This document shows, in pieces, positions 3,796 to 6,942 of a stretch of DNA of 6,942 bases. Source of the stretch: an uncultured Neisseria sp. (GTDB lineage Bacteria; Pseudomonadota; Gammaproteobacteria; Burkholderiales; Neisseriaceae); assembly GCA_916720585.1 (NCBI GenBank), contig CAKARM010000113.1, forward strand, positions 1 through 6,942, in the 5' to 3' direction. The notes under the pieces were generated by a model that saw only the letters and a list, made by a program, of their open reading frames with translations, was not told the origin of the DNA and ran no database searches. The first letter of the stretch is position 1; every line of letters begins with the position of its first letter. The translations under genes were made by a program, and so were the position numbers.

Positions 3796-5610
3796 TCACA
3801 ATTCCTTTACGGATTCATAGACAAAATAGGCGCAGGTCAGCACGCATATGGCAATGAAGATGGGGCGCAGTTTGCGCGCCAAATCGCACAGCGGGTCATA
3901 GCTGAACTCTACCTGTCCCAATGCGCCGAAATCGACGGAGCGGGGAGCGGGACACGTCCCGTCAGACTGGAACACGTCCAAAGGCTTGAAATTTAGGTCT
4001 ATGGTCTGTTCGGGCAAATGGATGTCTTCATAGCTCGCATCACCACTCGGCATACATTGCGCAGCATTCGGGTTTTGCTGACAAAAATTCTGCTGCTGAT
4101 TCTCTTGATTTTGATTCTGATTTTGTTGCCCTGTCGGAGTATCAGGTGTTGTAGGTGTATTCGGCTGATTCGGTGTCGTCGGTGCATTCGGACTATCTGG
4201 CGCTGTAGGCGTATTCGGACTGTTGGGTGTTGTCGGTGTGTTCTGTCCTTTATTGGGTGTCGGTATGATTTCGCTGCGTGTTGGTGCGAGTGTGGAATTC
4301 GGTTTCAGGTCTGGACGCGGAATAATAGACGTTGAAACCGAGCCGTCTGCGTTAAGTGTGAACCGTGTCTGTTGTGGCGTATTGCTGCCCTGCGGTGTGT
4401 AGGGTGCTGAATCGGCAGTCATAGGCGTTAATTGGTTTGATTCGGTAGACTTTTCTACGGCGTCTCCTATACGGGACAACTGATTCATCAATTCGGCATG
4501 GTTGGTCTGTTGGTTGTTCAGCATACGGGACAGGATGTCTTTGATGTCTTGCTGATTCAACATCATATCTTTTAAGACTGTTTCAGGATTTTGTCTGCCT
4601 ATTTGGTCATATGACACCGATTTATAATCAATCGTTATGGCAACAACGCCTTTAGGAGCTTTTTTTGGCAAATAACCACTAAAACTTCCGACTTCGAAAA
4701 CTACACCGTTATGTTCTCCAGTACCATCATATTCAGCCCTAGAACGTTTATATTTAGGAGCTTTATCTGTATATTCGCCTAATGACTGTTCAGTAGCTGG
4801 ACCATTTCTAAAGGTTGTGAATTTAGTAAGCTGCCAAATGGTTTTACCCTGTTTTGCCTGCTCTTTGGCAGGTTGAGCCTTTTCTTGTGCCTGTTTTGCA
4901 GCGGCGGCTCCTTCTGCTGCTTTTTTGGCGGCGGCAGCTTCGATTGCTCCGCCTAGGTCTCCGCCTTGTTCCTTCTGCATTTGCCATTGATAAAAACGTT
5001 CTCCAGCTTGTCTAAAATCTTGAGGAGACGGGCTATCAATCAAACCTAATCCACGACCTATATTCCCCAAGGACTCTGCAATTCCTCCAAACAAATTATT
5101 TCCAAAGGTACCAGCCATTAAAACACCACTTTCGACAGCACCTTTATAATCTCCTGACCTGATTCTTGCTCCCATCAAACCACTATGTTTATCAACCGCA
5201 GATGCCAAAGCACCACCTACCCAAACGCCATTTATAGTATTCTGCAATTTCGACGAGCTTACACTTTGCGTCTGTGTCGTTTTCATTACGCCCTTTTCGC
5301 CGTATTTGCCCGTTGCAGTTACGGTCTTAGGTTGCGACCCCTTGATAGTATCGCCCGACTTGGTTACGGTCGGTCTGCCGTTGTTTTGGCTCTGCACGCG
5401 CCATACGCCTGTTTTCGGGTCGTAACCTTTTTGTCTTAAAGCTTGCTCAGACGGGAAACCCGCTCCTTGATGTTGTGCCGGCGGCGGCAATCCTACTTCT
5501 GCCCATGCCTGCCCTACGACCAAGAGCGAGCCAAGACATACAGAAAGACGGCTAATGTTAGGGGCTTTGCCATGCCCAGTAAAAACGCGGTTTCGGGTGT
5601 CATTCTTCAT
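3796..5610 (-). CDS. tspB: TspB-like protein: filamentous phage adsorption (pIII-analogous) protein
   Basis: 604 aa. The signal peptide ends ...GQAWA/EV. There is an Ala/Lys-rich segment (aa 222-255) and a Pro/Thr/Asn then Gln/Asn low-complexity linker (aa 449-508). Four late Cys residues are present, plus a C-terminal membrane anchor IFIAICVLTCAYFVY followed by a short charged tail. Size, position (ORF6 of Nf/MDA phages) and composition fit the Neisseria TspB family as I remember it. Confidence 0.85.
   Translation of the reverse strand: MKNDTRNRVFTGHGKAPNISRLSVCLGSLLVVGQAWAEVGLPPPAQHQGAGFPSEQALRQKGYDPKTGVWRVQSQNNGRPTVTKSGDTIKGSQPKTVTATGKYGEKGVMKTTQTQSVSSSKLQNTINGVWVGGALASAVDKHSGLMGARIRSGDYKGAVESGVLMAGTFGNNLFGGIAESLGNIGRGLGLIDSPSPQDFRQAGERFYQWQMQKEQGGDLGGAIEAAAAKKAAEGAAAAKQAQEKAQPAKEQAKQGKTIWQLTKFTTFRNGPATEQSLGEYTDKAPKYKRSRAEYDGTGEHNGVVFEVGSFSGYLPKKAPKGVVAITIDYKSVSYDQIGRQNPETVLKDMMLNQQDIKDILSRMLNNQQTNHAELMNQLSRIGDAVEKSTESNQLTPMTADSAPYTPQGSNTPQQTRFTLNADGSVSTSIIPRPDLKPNSTLAPTRSEIIPTPNKGQNTPTTPNSPNTPTAPDSPNAPTTPNQPNTPTTPDTPTGQQNQNQNQENQQQNFCQQNPNAAQCMPSGDASYEDIHLPEQTIDLNFKPLDVFQSDGTCPAPRSVDFGALGQVEFSYDPLCDLARKLRPIFIAICVLTCAYFVYESVKEL
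4087..4266 (-). repeat. Degenerate short tandem repeats encoding the P/T/N-rich and Q/N-rich linker of TspB
   Basis: The protein reads PTPNKGQNTPTTPNSPNTPTAPDSPNAPTTPNQPNTPTTPDTPTGQQNQNQNQENQQQN. The DNA shows reiterated units, e.g. GTAGGTGTATTCGG / GTAGGCGTATTCGG and GATTTTGATTCTGATTTTG. Confidence 0.8.
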
Positions 5611-5902
5611 TGCTTTCTCTCTGCCATAAAACCAGTTTCACGATAACGACGACGGCAAAGACGGCAATCATGGCATACATCATCTGTGTGCCGATTTGTT
5701 CGCCGAAACGGTAATATTTCATGCTGTCGCACTGCGGAAACTGAAGTTTTACGGTCTGTTCGTTATAAGTCCAAGTCTGCCCGTTAAAAACGGGGTGATG
5801 CAGCACCCCGTCTTTGTCTATGGTCGGTGCGACTTGGGTCATCACTTCGTTTGTTGCCTGCTCTGCCGTTTCATGACATATTCGACCGACCTGATAACCC
5901 AT
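5600..5902 (-). CDS. Phage protein with C-terminal TM anchor (100 aa), minor coat/assembly candidate (ORF5-position)
   Basis: SD AAGGTG lies upstream and the start is 9 nt after the coat stop. The C-terminal hydrophobic segment is MMYAMIAVFAVVVIVKLVLW. Its 3' end overlaps the TspB start by 11 nt, suggesting translational coupling. Confidence 0.7.
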   Translation of the reverse strand: MGYQVGRICHETAEQATNEVMTQVAPTIDKDGVLHHPVFNGQTWTYNEQTVKLQFPQCDSMKYYRFGEQIGTQMMYAMIAVFAVVVIVKLVLWQRESNEE

Positions 5903-5910
5903 GTTGCACC

Positions 5911-6132
5911 TTATGCGGAACGTTTCACTGCGGATTTGATAACACTGATGGAAACGGCGGCAACAGCCAAAGCAACAGCAACCGCGCCGACGGCAATAAT
6001 GCCTGTTTTCAATCCACCGAGTTCTGTTTTGGCGGCTTCGACCATGCCGCTATCTTCTGCGAATGCCAGTACCGGCAATGCTGCAACGGTTACAAATGCG
6101 GCTGCTTGTTGAAATTTGGTTTTGATACTCAT
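5911..6132 (-). CDS. Inovirus major coat protein (g8p-like)
   Basis: 73 aa. The signal peptide MSIKTKFQQAAAFVTVAALPVLAFA is followed by an acidic mature N-terminus (EDSGMVEAAK), a hydrophobic core (GIIAVGAVAVALAVAAVSISVI) and a basic C-terminus (KSAVKRSA). SD AAGGAAAA lies upstream. This is the standard major coat layout. Confidence 0.9.
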   Translation of the reverse strand: MSIKTKFQQAAAFVTVAALPVLAFAEDSGMVEAAKTELGGLKTGIIAVGAVAVALAVAAVSISVIKSAVKRSA

Positions 6133-6168
6133 GATGTTTTCCTTTATGGAGTTAAAAAAAATGGTTGT

Positions 6169-6214
6169 GGCGGTGTTTCGGGGTCAATTCAGGGGACACC
6201 GCCGAACCCCTGAA
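6169..6214 (-). other. Two interleaved 8-bp helices (H-type pseudoknot topology) between the ssDNA-binding-like and coat genes, followed by U8
   Basis: Helix A is GGCGGTGT 6169-6176 / ACACCGCC 6196-6203. Helix B is TTCAGGGG 6188-6195 / CCCCTGAA 6207-6214. They share no nucleotides and their arms alternate. On the minus-sense strand, helix A is followed after 7 nt by U8 (plus-strand A8 at 6154-6161). Confidence 0.6.
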
Positions 6215-6220
6215 ACTGGT

Positions 6221-6490
6221 TTATGCTTCGTCCGAATAGTAGATGTTGTCTTTAAATGCACGGGGAAACACTTGCATTGAGACGATTTGCTGCGGTTTGT
6301 ACTGCTCGTACTTTTCGGGATGTTTGGTGCGGACTTCGCAAAGGCGTGTTTCGGTGTCTGAACGGATAATCAGACCGACATAGTGGGTCTTGCTGAATGT
6401 GCCGTCTTGGTTTTTGCGTTCTCGTGTGAACATGCGGTCAAATGCGGCAATAACGAAAATACCTTGTTTGCGTTCGGTTTCTTGAGACAT
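6221..6490 (-). CDS. Probable ssDNA-binding protein (gene V analogue) by size and position
   Basis: 89 aa, with SD AAGGAA upstream. It lies directly downstream of Rep and upstream of the coat gene, as in other inoviruses. I recognise no diagnostic motif, so the call rests on synteny. Confidence 0.6.
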   Translation of the reverse strand: MSQETERKQGIFVIAAFDRMFTRERKNQDGTFSKTHYVGLIIRSDTETRLCEVRTKHPEKYEQYKPQQIVSMQVFPRAFKDNIYYSDEA

Positions 6491-6510
6491 GATGTTTCCT
6501 TTCTGCCAAC

Positions 6511-6942
6511 TTAGGGCATATTGATGATGATTTCTCGGTTATAAAACGCCCATTTCGGGCTTAAAAGGGCTGATAGGACGGCGTTGTAATTGTCCTCTGT
6601 AATCTTTTTTGGCTTTCTTTCGTAAAAAAGCTCGACATGCGCCTGTAAAAGGGGTTCAATGCAGATAACCCACTTTTGCAGCTTCTCGCGCCACTTGCGC
6701 GAACCTGCAGATACAAACGAAAAATTGCTGTTCGCAATCTTCCACAACTGTTTTTTGTCTATGGTGGTACGAATAAGACGGTAGCCTTTGTCTTCAGGCA
6801 GACGGCTATCAATATGTTTGGCGATGTACTTGCCAACATATCGGGCAAGACCTTTGCTGTTGGTTTTAACGGGCAACATTTCGGATCTTCCGAATCCGTA
6901 CTTTTCCATGTTTTCACGGAGGACTTGCCAAAGCTGACGTAG
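6511..6942 (-). CDS. Rolling-circle replication initiator (HUH Rep, gene II analogue), C-terminal part; 5' end beyond the window
   Basis: The frame stays open upstream of the track's Met to the window edge (LRQLWQVLRENMEKYGF...). It contains ARYVGKYIAKH (nt 6817-6840 region), a Y-x-x-K-Y-x-x-K double-tyrosine motif 3 like phiX174 gpA YVAKYVNK. It holds the first position of the phage operon. Confidence 0.85.
   Translation of the reverse strand, partial: LRQLWQVLRENMEKYGFGRSEMLPVKTNSKGLARYVGKYIAKHIDSRLPEDKGYRLIRTTIDKKQLWKIANSNFSFVSAGSRKWREKLQKWVICIEPLLQAHVELFYERKPKKITEDNYNAVLSALLSPKWAFYNREIIINMP

Larger units (their letters stand above)
732..6942 (-). mobile_element. Filamentous prophage of the Neisseria Nf / MDA-island type (partial; right edge truncated by the window, left boundary approximate)
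   Basis: A complete inovirus gene module (Rep, SSB-like, coat, adsorption, pVI-like, Zot/pI) is followed by a terminal IS110/Piv-family recombinase, all co-directional and tightly packed. The left boundary must lie between about 620 and 819. My best guess is 720-745, from the 11-nt repeat and the ATTCCA half-site. Confidence 0.85.

Noticed and set aside
3742-5646. Track ORFs 3742..3996 +, 3999..4187 -, 4018..4335 +, 5185..5439 +, 5443..5646 +
   Set aside because: These are shadows of tspB/ORF7. Several merely translate the repeat region in other frames, giving Arg/Cys/Ile repeats.
5696-6213. Track ORFs 5696..6112 (+) and 5827..6213 (+)
   Set aside because: They are antisense to ORF5 and the major coat gene, both of which have SDs and classic features.
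6201-6223. Stop-codon readthrough or -1 frameshifting stimulated by the pseudoknot-like structure after ORF2
   Set aside because: There is no slippery heptamer upstream of the structure. Readthrough of the TAA would add only a 22-aa featureless tail ending in the U8 run. TAA followed by A is not a leaky context that I recognise.
6676-6942. Track ORF 6676..6942 (+)
   Set aside because: It is antisense to the Rep frame that carries the YVGKYIAK catalytic motif.
1-6942. CRISPR arrays, tRNA/rRNA genes, a complete dRS3 (ATTCCC-N8-GGGAAT), Correia-type elements
   Set aside because: None were found by eye on either strand. The only ATTCCC (5061-5066, inside tspB) lacks a GGGAAT partner. Absence should be confirmed by a computational scan.

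Overview
The window is mostly a Neisseria-type filamentous prophage (Inovirus, Nf / MDA-island-like). It is encoded on the minus strand, spans about 730-6942 and runs off the right edge. Its left side abuts a chromosomal TonB-dependent siderophore receptor gene. Phage gene order on the minus strand: rolling-circle Rep (partial, 6942->6511), ssDNA-binding-like ORF (6490->6221), major coat protein (6132->5911), 100-aa membrane ORF (5902->5600), TspB-like adsorption protein (5610->3796), pVI-like membrane ORF (3794->3513), Zot/pI-like assembly NTPase (3503->2328), 63-aa two-TM ORF (2320->2129), a 361-nt ORF-free hairpin-dense region (2128->1768), then an IS110/Piv-family DEDD recombinase (1767->820). 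No secretin gene is present. The supplied ORF track misses the receptor gene 5' end (465->1, minus), which I translated by hand. Main lead: the leader directly upstream of the IS110-family recombinase folds by hand into a 5' stem-loop plus two stem/internal-loop/stem modules. That is the layout of IS110 bridge (seek) RNAs. One loop strand is an exact 11-nt complement of DNA about 90 nt beyond the recombinase stop, where the prophage/chromosome junction is expected. This would mean RNA-guided integration of a whole filamentous phage. It is an inference from hand folding; the competing explanation is an ordinary inovirus intergenic region (packaging signal and origins). Other observations: a 77-nt composite hairpin after the last morphogenesis gene, two interleaved 8-bp helices between the ssDNA-binding and coat genes, an orphan plus-strand terminator, and low-complexity linkers in TspB. 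All family assignments rest on motifs I recognise by eye; no database search was run.
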